Shown one piece after another: positions 13,890-28,984 of a DNA stretch of 64,000 bases. The stretch covers positions 80,166,001 through 80,230,000 of the forward strand of contig JANJGN010000018.1 of the NCBI GenBank assembly GCA_026770705.1, given 5' to 3'. The DNA comes from Isurus oxyrinchus. Lineage: Eukaryota. Each line of letters starts with the position of its first letter. Within the stretch, counting starts at the first letter, position 1. Below the pieces are notes generated by a model, which saw nothing but the letters and a program-made list of their open reading frames with translations, did no database searches and was not told the origin of the DNA. The translations under genes were made by a program, and so were the position numbers.

Positions 13890-14545
13890 GCCCCCCTCTT
13901 CGACCCAACTACCCCCTCACCTGACTACACCCCGACGCAATCCGACTACCTCCCCAATTCAACTACCCTCCAACCCGATTATCCCCCCCAGCAACCTGAC
14001 TAACCCCAGGCCAACCTGACAACCCCCTCCGGCCTGAGTTTCCCCCTGACACGACAACACCCATGAGACAACCCAACTACTCTCCCCAACCTGACCCAAT
14101 CACCCCCTAACCCTACTAACCGCTTCCATCTCACCACTCAATTATTCACCCACTGGCTCTCTCACCTACTCACACTCACTCATTCAATCACCCAGTCACA
14201 CACTGACTGACTCACTCACTCACTTACTCACTCACCTACTCATTCACTCACCCACTCACTCTCTGACTGACTGACTGACTGACTGACTCACTCACCCACT
14301 CATTCACTCACCCAGTCACTCACTGACTGACTGACTCACTCACTCACCCACTCATTCACTCACCCGGTTAGTCACTCACTCAGCCACCTACTCACTTTCA
14401 CCCACTCACTCACTCACCCATTCACTTTCATCCACTCACTCACTGACTCCCCAATTCATTCACTCACTCAGCCACTCAGTCAGTCAATGAGTCAGTCAGC
14501 CACTCGCTCACTCACTCATCCACGCACTTACTCACACAATCACTG
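13890..14545. repeat. C-rich low-complexity tract grading into (CACT/GACT)n tetranucleotide repeat
   Basis: Direct runs such as cactcactcact and gactgactgact between 14160 and 14520. Confidence 0.9.
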
Positions 14546-15044
14546 AAAGACTTGATATCTTTAAAAACGTACCTGAGTACATCAGCTAATGTTGTAAAAA
14601 GGGGGCATGTCCTCTCATCACCCATCTTCTCCTGTGCTCACAGGTCTTCCCCTTGAGACGCTGCACTGACCCATTGCTGCTGCAGCCAGGATCAGAAGTC
14701 CTGACTGAAAAAGTGCTAAAAGGTCCGGGCGCAGGATTCTTCATGGGCAGTGGTGATGCACCCAGAATCATCACTGACTGGGAGATCTGGTCCAATATTG
14801 GTTGGAATAATAATTTCCAGAGTAGGAGTACAGATAGTGTGAAGAGCCTTCAAGAAAAAAAACCTTAAGTTTAAATCAGAGTCGTGGTTCCCAACGAGCT
14901 TTGGGGTTTCTGTGCATGCGCTAGACATAGAATGGTCACACATGTGAAGGTTGCGTTTTTTTTTCCTTTCTGGTGACTCTTGTGCATGTGACAGCCGGAG
15001 AATGGCCACGTGCACAGTTAGTGTCTTTTTTTCACATCTTTAGG

Positions 15045-16050
15045 CCAGGATTAATTCATGACCTCAGAGTAAAGGCATTGCTAGGTAGCAGCAACCCCAA
15101 TATGATTGAATTTTACATACAATTTGAAAGGGAGAAGAGTGGGTCTAAGACTAGTATCTTAAACTTAAATAAGGGCAACTATGTGGGGATGAAAGCTGAG
15201 CTAGCTGAAATGAGCTGGGAAACTAGGCTAGAGTTTAGATCAACAAAGAAGCAGTGGCAAACATTTAATGGGATATTTCAGTGTATTCAGAATAAGTACA
15301 TTCCTATTATAAAGAAAAAATTCTAAGGGGAGGACCCACCATCCGTGGTTAACTAGAGAAGTTAAGGGAAGCATCAAATTTAAGGAAAAAGCATACAACT
15401 CTGCAAAGATGAGTGGCAGGACAGATGATTGGACAGAATATAAAGAACAGCAGAGAAAGGCTAAAAGATTAATCAGGAGAAGGAAATTAGAGCATGAGAG
15501 GAAGATAGCTGGAAATGTAAAAATGGATAGCAAGAGTTTCTACAGGTATTTAAAAAAGAAAAGAGTAAGTAAGATGAGCATTGGTCCTCTAGAGAGTGAC
15601 AGTGGGGAGTTAATAATAGATAATAAGGAAATGGTGGAAGAAACGAACAGATGTTTTGCTTCTGTGTTCACTATAGAGGATTCAAAAAACATTCCAGTAA
15701 TAGCTGCAAATCAGGAGGTGAACGGGAGAAAGAAACTTGGTGAAATTGAAATCACTAGGGAAACAGTACTGAGTAAATTGATGGAGCTGTAGGCAGGCAA
15801 GTCTCTGGGTCCCAATGGACTACATCCTAGGGTCTTAAAAGAGGTGGCTAATGAGGTAGTCGATGTGCTGGTTTTTCCAAAATTCGCTAGATTCTGGAAA
15901 GGTTCCATCAGTTTGGAAAGTAGCAAATATAACCCTTCTATTCAGGAAGGGAGGGAGGCAGAAAACAGGAAACTATAGGCCAGTTAACTTGACGTCTGTT
16001 GTGGGGAAGTTATTAAAATCGATCATTAAGGAGGTTATGGCTGGGCACTT
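15045..16050 (+). mobile_element. CR1 LINE ORF2 fragment
   Basis: ORFs 15409-15792 (KSFYRYLKKKR...FASVFT) and 15863 (WKVANITLLFRKGGRQKTGNYRPVNLTSVVGK). Confidence 0.9.
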
Positions 16051-16054
16051 ATGG

Positions 16055-17240
16055 TCACTGGTCACCCCTCACTCTTCTAAACTCCAGTGGAAACAAGCCC
16101 AGTCTATCCAACCTTTCCTCATAAGACAACCCACTCATTCCCGCTATCAATCTGGTGAACCTCCTCTGAATCACCTCCAATGTATTTACATCCTTCCTTA
16201 AATAAGGAGATGAAAACTGCACACGAGATATGGTCTTACCAATGCCCTGTATAACTGAAGAATAACATCTTTACTTTCATGTTCAATCCCTCTTGTAATA
16301 AAGGATAGCTTTCCATTAGCATTCTTAATTACTTGCTGTACCCACATACTAACTTCTTGTGACTCATACACTGGAACACCTAGATCCCTCTGCACCTCAG
16401 AATTCTGCAGTCGTTCTCCATTTAAATAATACTCTTTATTTATTCTTCTTGCTAAAATGAACAACTTAACATTTTCCCACATTATACTCCATCTGCCAGA
16501 TTTTTGCCCACTCACTCAACCTATCTATATCCATCTGCAAGCTTCTTATGTCCTCTTCACATCCTACTTTCCTACCTATCTTTGTGAAATCTGCAAATTT
16601 AGCTACCATGCCTTTGCTCCCCTCATCTACGTCATTGATGTAAATTGTAAAAAGTTGAGGCCCCAGCACAGACCTTTGGGGGACCCTACTCACCACATCC
16701 TGCCAATCAGAAAAAGACCTATTTATGCATACTCTCTGTTTTCTGCCAGCCAGCCAATCTTCTATCCATGCTAATATGTTACCCCCTCCACCATGAGCAT
16801 TTATCTTTCGCAATAACCTTTGATGTGGCACCTTATCAAATGCCTTCTGGAAATCCAAGTACAGCACGTTTACAGGCTTCCCTTTATCCACAGCGCATAT
16901 TACTCCTTCAAAGAACTCCAGTATATTGGTTAAACATGATTTCCCTTTCACAAAACCATGCTGGCTCTTCCAGATTACCTTGAGTTTTTCAAAGTGCCCA
17001 GCTATAATCTCCTTAATGATCGATTGTAACACTTTCCCACTACAGACATCAAGTAACTGCCCTATAGTTTTGTTGTTTTCAGCCTCCCTTCCTTCTTGAA
17101 TAGAGGGGTTATAGTTTCTACTTTCCATTCTGATGGACCCTGTCCAGAATATGGCGAATTTTGGAAAATTAACACCAACACATTTAATACCTCAATTGCC
17201 ACCTTGTTTATGACCCTAGGCTGAAGTCCATCAGGACCCG
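16055..17240 (-). mobile_element. CR1 LINE RT fragment
   Basis: ORF 16466-17128: SQHGFVKGKSCLTN...YLDFQKAFDKVPH...VPQRSVLGPQLFTIYIND...KFADFTK. Confidence 0.92.
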
Positions 17241-17249
17241 GATGGACTA

Positions 17250-18000
17250 CTCTGAGGAATATTGGTCTTTTCATTGTGCTATCTTCCTCACTGTAACCAG
17301 TATTCAACTCATTATCAGATCTCTTATCTCTCCAGTTTCTATGCGGGTTTGCAAACAAACGTCTGCTGCTATTCACATGTTTGTGAGAGAACCCACATTC
17401 ATCAGCCATAATTGCAGCCCCCCTTATCTTAGAAACTTTATAGTTGCCAAGGTGGGACCTTATTCCTGAAGGTGCTCTATTTTAAATTCTTCTATTAGCA
17501 TTGTTTTCAAAATCTGTCTCAATCTTCATAGCCCTTTAGGACCTATCATATATAATTTCCTTTACTCTAGCAAATTCCACAAAAATCCGATTGCTTCTTC
17601 CTCAGATTTTTAAGCTTTTGCCTTGAAGCTTCTGGCACTAACTCTTTGAGAACAGCATTCTTCACAGTGTCACCATCACTAGACTGCACATCTGAAAGTG
17701 ATGAATACACGTCTGAATGCTTTCCCCATGAACATGCTTTGCAATATGACCATGTAGCTTTCCTTAGGACATTGTGACAATTAGCAATTTTCTCAAGTGA
17801 CACAAAATACATCACAACTCCTTCTTCACTGAATTAGACACTGGGCAGATATTTCTTGACAAATCAAAATCAGGAGTTAAATCTGAATCTTGGTTAAGTT
17901 TCCCTCTTACCCATTGTTCACACAATCTCAGCTTTGCTTTGTTGAGATCAAATTTCCTCCCTAGAATTCAAAGTTTCTCTTCCTCTTTTGTCCTTTTTTC
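17250..18000 (-). mobile_element. Gypsy (Gmr1-like, SCAN-related) gag remnant
   Basis: ORF 17567-17815 has YFVSLEKIA and AVLKELVPEASRQKLKNLRK, matching the fish Gypsy gag motif LVPEAYRQKFR. Confidence 0.6.
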
Positions 18001-18159
18001 TTTCCCTTTAAAAAAGGGAATTACCAGGCATTCTCTTTTGAGAAATGCTTCAGAAATAGACATAACCATGTTAACTTTTTAATAAATACAGCAAAAGCAC
18101 CTGTGAAATCTTGTTCACTTAAACTCTGGCACATTCCAGTTCTCCTATCCAGCCTCACA

Positions 18160-19200
18160 AGAATTAGGAGGGGGATTAAGCCTTTCAGTCTCTTGAGTCT
18201 GTTCAGCCATGGCTGATCTTTTTGTGGCCTCAACTCCATTCTGCTGTCTGCTCCCCATAACCCTTGACTCCCTTATAGATCAAAAATCTATCAAACTCAG
18301 TCCTGAATATATTCATGAAACCAGCCTTCACTATTCTGGATGGAAGAAAATTTCACAGACTAATGACTTTCTGAAAGAAAAAATTCTCATCTCAGAATTA
18401 AATGAGAGATCGCTAAGTTTTAAACTGTGTCCCTTTGATCTAGATTCCCCCATAAAGGAAAACATCCTCTCAGCATTCACCTTTTCAATTCCCCTCAGGA
18501 TCTTAACTGTTTTAATAAGATCTTCCCTGATTCTTCTAAACTCCAATGGATACAGTCCCAAACTGTCCAACCTTTCCTCATAAAATAACTCCTTTGTTCA
18601 GGAATCAGTGGAGTGAACCTTCTCTGAACAGCTTCTGATGGAATTATATCATTTCTTAAGTAAGGAGACCAAAACTATACTCAGTAATCTTGGGGCAATC
18701 TCACCAATGCCTTGTACAACAAGGGTTTCTCTATTTTTACACTCAATCCCCCAACATTCTGTTTGCTTTCCTTATTATTTGATGTACCTGCATGTTAACT
18801 TTTTGATATTCATGTACAAGGTCACCCAGATCCCTCTGTACTGCAGCATTCTGCCATTTTTCTCCATTTAAATAATGTTCTGCTTTTCTATTCTTCCTGT
18901 CAGAGGGGACAAACTCACATTTTCCCACATTATACTCCATTTCATTGAAGAATATAAAATTCTCCAGTGGCTTAATAGGGTTGATGTAGAGAGGGTGTTT
19001 CCCCGGCTGGTGAGCCTAGAACTAGGGGTCATGACTCAGAATAATCGGTCGGCTATTTTGGGATGAGATGAGGAGAAAATTATTCACTCGAGGATTGAGA
19101 ATCTTTGGAATTCTCTAGCCCAGAGATTGGTAGATGTTCGGAAACAAAAGGAATCAACGGTATTGGGGATAGTGTGGGAAGATGGATTGAAGTTGAAGAT
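18160..19200. mobile_element. CR1 3' fragments in both orientations
   Basis: Minus ORFs LGLYPLEFRRIREDLIKTVKIL and MEYNVGKCE; plus-strand piece EYKILQWLNRVDVERVFP at ~18945. Confidence 0.8.
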
Positions 19201-21100
19201 TTGTCAGCCCCCTTGAGATATAGGCTAACATTCTATTAGCCATTTTCTTATGTTTTTGCATCTGTCCACTAACTTTTAATGGTTTCTGTACTACACCTCC
19301 TAAATCTCTTCGATTATCCACATTTCTTAGCTTCTCAGTGTTTAGGGAATACTGTGATTTATCTTTATGGGTTCTAACTGGATAAACTTGCACATCAACA
19401 ACAATGTGCATTTGTATGATGTGTTTATAAAAAATCTCAAGGTGCTTCACAGGAACGTTATCAAAAATAATTAACACAGCCTTATAAGGAAAAATTAGGA
19501 TAGGTGATGTAAAGCTTGGTCAAAGTGATAAGTTCTATGGAGTATTTTAAAGAAGAGAGGTAGAGATGCAGAGAGGTTTAGAGTGGCAATTTCAGAGTCC
19601 AGCCTTCTGAAGGTATGATGGTCAATGTTGGAATGATTTAAATCCGTGTTAAATAAGAGGGTGGAATTGGAGGAGTGGAGAGATCAAGGAGAATTACAGG
19701 AACTTCATCCACTGGACCACAGGGAGGATATTGCAGATCTCTCACATCTCTTCGAAGACAGGCTAGAAGAGGTTGAAACAGGAGGCACTGAAAAAGATGG
19801 TGACCATCCTCTAGAGAAGCCTCTATACCTTGGTTGGCTCTTTCCTGACAGAGTTCAGTAGGGTAAAGCCATTGCAGAAGCAGTTGATTTGTTAAAATAA
19901 GAGGTCCTAGCTCTTACTATGCTCTTTAGCTCCACTGCCAATGCTTCTGAAGTCTCTGTTGTCTTTCTTGAGGAGCTGAAGATGTTGAAGATGGTAAGAA
20001 AGAGGTGAATTTGTATACTTATTCCACTCAGCCCATCGATGTCATACATCAACTATTGCAGGCTGACAGCAGTGAGCTGGCAAGGGAGAACGAGATCCTC
20101 AGCTCCAAGTTGGATCAAACCAATAGAGAAAGTTCAGAGTTTATTAATTTGTATGGATGTAAACTGCAGCTCACACTTGAATCTCACGAACAAGTCATGA
20201 TACACCCAAACCTTCCATCAGTAAAGAAGAAGCAGAGGCCTGAACTACAGAGCTTCTACACCTGAAGAGTATTCTGCAGGAATTTCATAGACACCCTGGC
20301 TCAGAGGTTTATTCCATTGTTGAAGATGTGGCTCTCCTAGTTTCTCATGCTGACATCATGATCCCATTGCCTACAGTGGAAATGATACCACTACCTACAG
20401 ACAGTGAAAATCCTAACTGAGTGCAGTAGGCAAAGTCTTCTTTTCTTCGTATCCTGAAATGCCTTCAGGATGTTTTTCATTCTTCTTTTCATCTACCAAA
20501 ATTCAGTTATTGCTCAGGTATTGAATACTTCTTTCATCATCACAGCAGCAGTGAATGTTACAGCTGCAAAGTTCCTCAGAGGAGCTGAAAGTGCTTCATT
20601 TTCTCAAGCCTTTCCCCAGTGTGCAATGCAGAAGAAGAAGATTACAGCAAGAATGTCAGTTTGTTCTCTCCCTTTTCAAGGAGTTGTGATCGTCTGAGTT
20701 CTGAAGATTTCTCTCTTGAGCCAGTGTCTCCTTGATTGGTTTTCAAACCCTTTGTGATCAGGTTGCTGTAAGAGCCACAGCCCCATGAATCGACAGTCGT
20801 GAGAAGCTGCTGTCCCTCTCCACCAATATGCTTGTCTTCCAAGCAGAAGATCTGGGAACACAGATGTCCGACACATCCCCCAAGAGAGCAGAGAACACTG
20901 TTGGAGATTGAAGCCTTTGGTGACAGTGACTTGGCGAGGGGGAGGAGTTGGGGGGAAGGTGCTGGGAATGTAATGTGAATAGTTCAACAAATAAATGTAA
21001 CAGTTTCAAGATCATTCTTGGGGGAAGGACAGATGTAGAGTAAAGGGTTAATGATTATGTTAATCAGACAATGATGCTTACGATGATGTAAGCATGACCA

Positions 21101-21411
21101 TAGAACCATAGAACACTACAGCACAGAAAACAGGGCATCCGGCCCTTCTACTCTGTGCCGAAATATTATTCCGCTAGTCCCATTGACCTGCACCTAGTCC
21201 ATAACCCTCCAGATCTCTCCCATCCATGTATCTATCCAATTTATTCTTAAAACTTAAGAGTGAGCCCGCATTTACCAGGTCAGATGGTAGCTCGTTCCGC
21301 ACTCTCACCACTCTCTGAGTGAAGAAGTTCCCCCTGATGTTCCCCTTAAACCTTTCCCCTTTCACCCTAAAGCCATGACCTCTTGTGTTTATCTCTCCTA
21401 ATTTAAGTGAG
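21101..21411 (-). mobile_element. 5'-truncated CR1 (HER1-like) 3' end
   Basis: Encodes TRGHGFRVKGERFKGNIRGNFFTQRVVRVRNELP and has a (CATAGAAC)n tail at ~21099. ATGACCA is duplicated at 21094-21100 and 21412-21418. Confidence 0.85.
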
Positions 21412-22463
21412 ATGACCACGAGGCTCCAAGAGAGCAAGATGCAGAACAGTCTGTGTCCTGAACACCATGTACTCATCATGAGGTCTTTGTAATTTGCTTT
21501 TAATAAATAGTTTCAAGAGAAAACTATATACTGACTATCTCAAGTCACTTGTAGAATAAGCAAAACCTCATCAAGACATGGTAACACACAAAAACAAGGC
21601 GACTGATTGAAATAAAGTTCAAATTTATGGAGGGGGAAATACAGGAGGCCAGCTAGCAAAACATTGGAATAGCCAGTCAAGAGGCAACAAAGGCATAGGT
21701 GAATGTTAAGTGGGGTCAACATGGATGATGTTACCGAGGTGCAATTAAGTGTTCTTGGTGATGGAGTGGTTATGTGGTTGGATGTTCATCTCGGGGTCAA
21801 GTAGGATATCAAGGTTGTGAATGGTCATGTTCAAATTCAGATGGTGATAAGGGAGAGAAATGGATATGGTGACGGGGAGAGAAGACAATGGCTTTACTCT
21901 TCCCAATATTTAGTTGGCCCTTCTCAACCAGGGTTGGATGTCAGACAAGTAGTGTTTCTCAACTAACATTTTTTGATACAATGACATTAAGTCACTTTAA
22001 CCTTCACGGGTTCTAGTGTTTGGCCAGGCTTTTTATCTTGTATAACATGCTCCATCATGTGCCTCCTGTTTCCGCTATAACTGATTGAATGGGTCAACTC
22101 CTTTTGTAACTTACTGACCTACTCCCTGAACTATTCGTACTTTTTATTCAGCTGTAAGGCAAATACACATGCACCATAGACCAACTTAGCCTGGGTTACT
22201 TTCAGTTTAATCTTTCCTTTCAGAATCTTTTTAGAAAGTCCAACAAAGATGCACTTGTAATCTCCATTGCACTCTTCTACATCTCCCAGCTTATCTCTCA
22301 CTCCAGGCCTGCCTATTTACGCAGTCAAATTCTCTATCAATCATTCCCCAACATGTGCCAATGCAATTGTGGTCGCTGGCTTCACTTGATAACTACTCCA
22401 TGCATTGAATCGCAACCTAAGACTATTGCTTCTCAAATTCTAATGACACCTCGACTACTGTGG

Positions 22464-23210
22464 ATCCCACTTCTGACACCAGTCTGTAAGCCACAGAGCC
22501 ACAGCTGCCTAAGTTAGGCTGTTAGCTATTCGTAAGTAATTTTAAGATAGCTTATTCAGAAGCAACAGTTTAGATATGATGCATTAATTAATTAGACAGA
22601 TGGAGCATATGACCCGTGAGAGTTGAGAGTGATTCACTGATCCCAGAGGATGAATGGATGGTTGGCACAGAGTGTGCTGATTTCAGTAGCTTGTGAAAGC
22701 AGCATTCTGCAGTCTAGTCAAAGTGATAGGGAACTCTTCCCTCGGTTTTCCTCCTCCTCCTCCGGTCCATCCTCCATCTGTAGAAGGCCTGACAAGCACT
22801 GCCATCAGACAAGGACTGCCCCAGTCCCTGAGCACTTGTTAACCTTTTCCTGGGGACTGGTAGCTTACCCAGAGTCGATCCCTTATTCAAACCCTTATCA
22901 TCAATGGATACAGGACAGGGGCGCAAAATATCAGGGTTGTCACCTCCTCCCCTGTCCGTCACCCTGCTCAAGGTCAGGCTTTTAGTTTACATCATGCTGA
23001 AGGTTATATCCTGGCCCTTTCTAAACACTTACATGGATAAGGGGGTACATGAGGCACCATCTTACCAATTGAGGAATATCAACATGGAAGCCAGAACCAA
23101 GTAACACTGACATTTCCAGAGAGAGAGAATCAATGCTGTATTAACTAATCTCATACGGGTTCTATACTATGCAGAAGATACAAGCTTCTTCAAGGCCCTA
23201 ATTTCTTACA
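22464..23210 (-). mobile_element. LTR (22485-23210) with adjacent tRNA-Leu primer-binding site; internal sequence decays leftward
   Basis: Ends TGTAAG...CTTACA. Bases 22464-22481 read TGGTGTCAGAAGTGGGAT on the minus strand, the complement of the tRNA-Leu 3' end. Homologous to 32800-33510. Confidence 0.8.
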
Positions 23211-25378
23211 AAATCAATGTACAAGTTGAAATACTGTAATATAAATGTGCAGTACTGTGCATTCCTAGCTGAAATAAGTTGCTAAATAACATACATAACT
23301 AAATATAAAATAAATGTAAAATGTTTTAAGAATTGCACTCAGTTACAGTACAATACATTTAAATTGATCAGGCTCCATCTAGTGGCAGAGGTTTGTCAAT
23401 GACAGTAGCAGCTGAAGTCCCACAGCTACCGGCACTGACCAACTTTGGCCACAAGACGGAGCGAGGACTTCATTGTGGGTTCAAAAGGGGAGCCAGGAAC
23501 TTGGAGAAGGGAGCAACTGAACAACAGACCCTGGGGACTAATGTAAGAACAGAGGGCAGGAAGCAAGGCTGGGAATCAAGGCCATGAAGCAAGACCGGGA
23601 GACAAGGGCAGGTAGAGCAGGAAGCAGGGGAGAGAAGCTAGGGCAGGAAACAAGTCTGGGAGGCAAGGTTGGGAGTAGTGGGAAGAGAGACTGAGGGCAA
23701 ATGTGGAAGTGCTGGTGGAAAGGTCAAGGGTGCATGCAGGCCTCAATTTGCTTTCACCAGCAGCCACATTCTATCCGAGGTCTCCAGATATGGTTAACGC
23801 TGACAAGGCGCATTTCCACAAATCCTCTCTCACTCAGATCGCGACAGTTCTGATGGCACAGAATCCCTAGAGAATTCCTTCTCTGGCCACTTTAAACATT
23901 CTGCTTGGCTCTAGCAAAACTGAAATAGCAGCAGTAGGTCTTGTCTAATCCACGATCCCCTGCTCTCCCAGTCTCCAGTTCTCTGTTCTTTCCAGCTGTA
24001 TAACACACATAATAATGAAGTTCCTTCTCTATTCGCAGAGTTCTGCTTAAAAGCCAGGATCTGTTCTGAATTGCAGGCTCCGAGACCAGTTGTATTCTCT
24101 TCTCACTACAAAATAGAAAACAGATTTATTCATAGAGAGCTTTGCTTGCTTCCTCTTGCCTGAATTCTGTGTTCCGAACTATCTACCACAAGGCAAGCTG
24201 GAACCTGGCACTACTGCAATTAGTTTTCTGTTTATCCTCTGCTTTCCATCCTTCTGGCAACCTCAGATCAGGTGGGCATTTCTTGGAACCAAACTGCCTG
24301 CTAGGAAGTCGACTTACAGAATACACACCAGTTTCAATCTGGAATTAAAGGGGACATTGCACAAAAGGAAAATACAGGCTTTTTCCAAAACATATGAATC
24401 ATCACAATTCCTTCATGTCAGTGATTTATAATTACAGTGAAAAGCTTCAGCTCCAGTACTGCTCCCTGAGGACACCATAAGTAATTTCCTGTCAATTTCA
24501 GTACATAGACATCTCCTAAGTCTCTGTCTTTCACCTCTAATTATTCCCCTATCAATGCCAATATGTTATCTCCAATAAAAACAATAGGAACACCATATCC
24601 AAAAAACAAAACATTGACCAGGTTACCTCAGTATTCAAGCATTTTTGCTATGAGGACAGATGGAGAAGAATATATTGGTTCGGCCATGTTGGTGGCTTAT
24701 TTTATGGTCACACACTCATTTTGTTCACTTTCTTTCCTTGTTTTTGCACCTGTAGGTGAGAAAAGCAGCAAATGTTCCCATTCTCCTCACCCACAGACTT
24801 TATCTCCTCCTTCACCAATCTTTTCTTTCTTTGTAGGTTTCTTTCACTGTTCCAATATGAACGCCAAAGCTGCCTCACTTCTCATTCTCAATCTCCATGC
24901 CTCTTCCCAAGTCCTCTTTCTCTCAGAATCTTTGGTCTTAAGTTCAAAGTCTACTGCATCCTTGGCTTTCAGTGCATTCGTTCTTCACTCTCAAATCCTC
25001 TGCTCTCACTTAACTGACATAAATTCCCATTGAAAATGAGGGATGTGGAGTTAGCCTTCACCTTGCTTTGTGAAAATCCTCTCAGCGATACAGTCAATCG
25101 CCATGAACAGCAGCGCTTTTAAATGGACTAACTCCATCACCCTTGCTCCAGTTATAATGGAATATTTGTACACAGAAAAACATAAATCCTCATTTGGTTA
25201 CAACAACCATTAATACTCCCACACTTGAATAATTCAAAAGTCATCATTTGTTTTAAAAAGAGAGTTGTTGGTCATGTTTGAAAAAGCAGTTACACAGCCA
25301 TAACAGTACTGATGTCATCATTCAGATTTTGAATTACATGGTAACAGAAATTTGGTTGGAACAGATTCAATACAGTAT

Positions 25379-25492
<114 letters not shown>

Positions 25493-25639
25493 NNNNNNNN
25501 NNNNNNNNNNNNNNNNNNNNNNNNNNNNNNNNNNNNNNNNNNNNNNNNNNNNNNNNNNNNNNNNNNNNNNNNNNNNNNNNNNNNNNNNNNNNNNNNNNNN
25601 NNNNNNNNNNNNNNNNNNNNNNNNNNNNNNNNNNNTTCT

Positions 25640-26312
25640 GGGCTGAATCTTCGGCTCGGCGAGCGGGGGCAGGGCCTGCTCACCGAGGTGTAAAATGACG
25701 CGCGGTGATGTCGGGGTGTGTCCCCATGTCACCGCGCATCATTTAGATTTTTAGTTTGGTGGGCATGCAGCTGTGCACCCACCGAACTGTCAAAGGCCTG
25801 TTAAGGCCATTAATTAACTGGTTAAACCTATTGAGAAAGCTGCCCAACCAGCCTTAAGGTGAAGAGCCCAGGCGGCCTTCACATTTTTCATGGAACCTCA
25901 TCCACGGGCGGGATGAGGTTTCACAAATGATGTAAAGTCTTAAGAAAAATTTTTATTAAAATTAATGCATGTGTCCCAGCTCATGTGACAGTTTCATATG
26001 AGGGGACATGTCGTAAAAATTTTTTACAACACTTTATTGAACTGTTAAAACTTAAAACTAATCTCCCTGAGGCACCTCTGTGCTCCAGGGAGATTTCTGC
26101 TCTCTTTCACGCGCAAGCAAGAAAGAACGCAATCCCGACTCAGGGACCACCTACCCTGCCTGGAACACTCAGCGCTTCCGGGCGAGCGTCACGCTGGGTG
26201 GGCCTTAATTAGCCCGCCCATGTAAAATGGCAGCACGGACCTGATCGGGGATGCAGATCAGGTTCGTGCCCGACCCCGTACAACTCCCCCTAACAGGGGG
26301 AAAATTCTACCC
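25640..26312. mobile_element. PIF/Harbinger-type MITE (related to 1976-2544 and 45944-46619)
   Basis: Ends GGGCTGAATCTT...AAAATTCTACCC. Shares the internal motif gaacctcatcc...ggatgaggtttc with the other MITEs. Confidence 0.8.
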
Positions 26313-27331
<1,019 letters not shown>

Positions 27332-27831
27332 CTAGCTCTTAATTGCTGGGGAAAATTATTACAGATTGTGAACCTCTATAAACTAAACTGTCTTTCTGCC
27401 TGTGCCTGTACTTTATGTACATGTATACATTTATACATCAATATATCTCTGGCTGATGCAATGCATCAAGTGTGTTAGTGTAATGGGTGGTGCGTAGTTT
27501 TTTGTCTGCTTTTCACCTCTCACTTTCAGCTCTTACCACCGGTTAGCAGAATAAGTATTGTGAAAAAGAGAGGCAAGTGTGTTAGCCTGTCCCTGCCAGG
27601 ACATAGTCTCTTCGTCAGCAAGCCCTATGTATTGCCTCCCCATGGTGACCTATGTAAATTGGACACCCCACAGGCCCTGGCTAAACTACAGATGACTTGG
27701 AGGAGGTCTGGTCCCCAGACGGAATGTCCACCAGCATGTGATTACACTCTCATGTCCATGAGCCAGAACCCCAGCTCTGGGGAAATAGTCCCATTGCCCT
27801 GTGGGTGTCTCTGGAAAAAAGCAGTGTAAAG

Positions 27832-28710
27832 GAGGCAGTGGCATGGTGGTAATATCACAGGACTGGTAATCCAGAGATCCAGATTAAAGCTCTGAGTTCA
27901 AATCCCACCACGGCAGCTGGTGGAATTTAGATTCAATTTTTTTTAAAATCTGGCATTTTAAAAAAGCTAGCCTCAGTAATGGTGACAATGAAACCATCGT
28001 CAATTCTCACAAAAACCCACCTGGTTCACTAAATACCCTCAGGGAAGGAAATCTGTCATCCTTACCTGGTCTGGCCTGTATGTGACTCCAGACCCACAGC
28101 AATGTGATTAATTCTTAAATGCCCTCCCCTCAGACCTTGGTTCAAATATAGGCAAAAGAGCTGAACTCCAGAGGCGAGGTGAGAGTGACTGCCCTTGACA
28201 TCAAGGCAGCATTTGACAGAGTGTGGCATCAAGGAACCCAAGCAAAGCTGGAGTCAATGGGAGTCAGGGGGAAAACTCTCCATTGGTTGGGGTCATGCCT
28301 AGCACAAAGGAAGATGGTTGTGGTCGTTGGATGTCAATCATCTCAGTTCCAGGGCATCACTGCAGGAGTTCCTTAGCCCATTCATCTTCAGCTGTTTCAC
28401 CAGTGAAGTATAAAATCAGAAGTGAGGATGTTCATTGATGATTGCACAATGTTCAGCACCATTCGTGATTCCTCAGATACTGAAGCGGTCCATGTCCAAA
28501 TGCAGCAGGATCTGGACAATATCCAGGCTTGGGTAGATAAGTGACAAGTGACATTCACCCCATAAAAGTGCCATTTCCAATAAGAGAATATCTACCAATC
28601 TCCCTTTGACATTCAATGGCATTAACATCGCTGAATCCCCCACCATCAACTTACTGGGGGTTACCAATGAGCCAAGAGCAGGTCAGAGGCTGGGAATTCT
28701 GCCACGAGAT
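27832..28710 (+). mobile_element. tRNA-derived SINE-like head (27832-~28130) joined to a LINE RT fragment
   Basis: A-box TGGCATGGTGG and B-box GAGTTCAAATCCC, followed by ORF 28179 VTALDIKAAFDRVWHQG. Confidence 0.8.
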
Positions 28711-28984
28711 GTTTCTTTACCAGGAGTCAATGTAAGTCAGCGAGCGCAAGGTGAAAGGTGAGCTGGACCTTGTACAAGTGAGCACCAGCGTCTTGGATGA
28801 CCTCAAGGTTATGGAGAGTAGAATGTGGGAGACCAGGCAGCAGAGCATTGGAATAGTCAGGAATACTGGCAACAAAAGTATGAATGAGGGTTTCTGCAGG
28901 AGATGATCTGAGGCAGGGTGAAGTTGGGCGATGTAACGAAGATGGAAATGCGATCATAGTGATAACATGGATGTGTCATCACTA

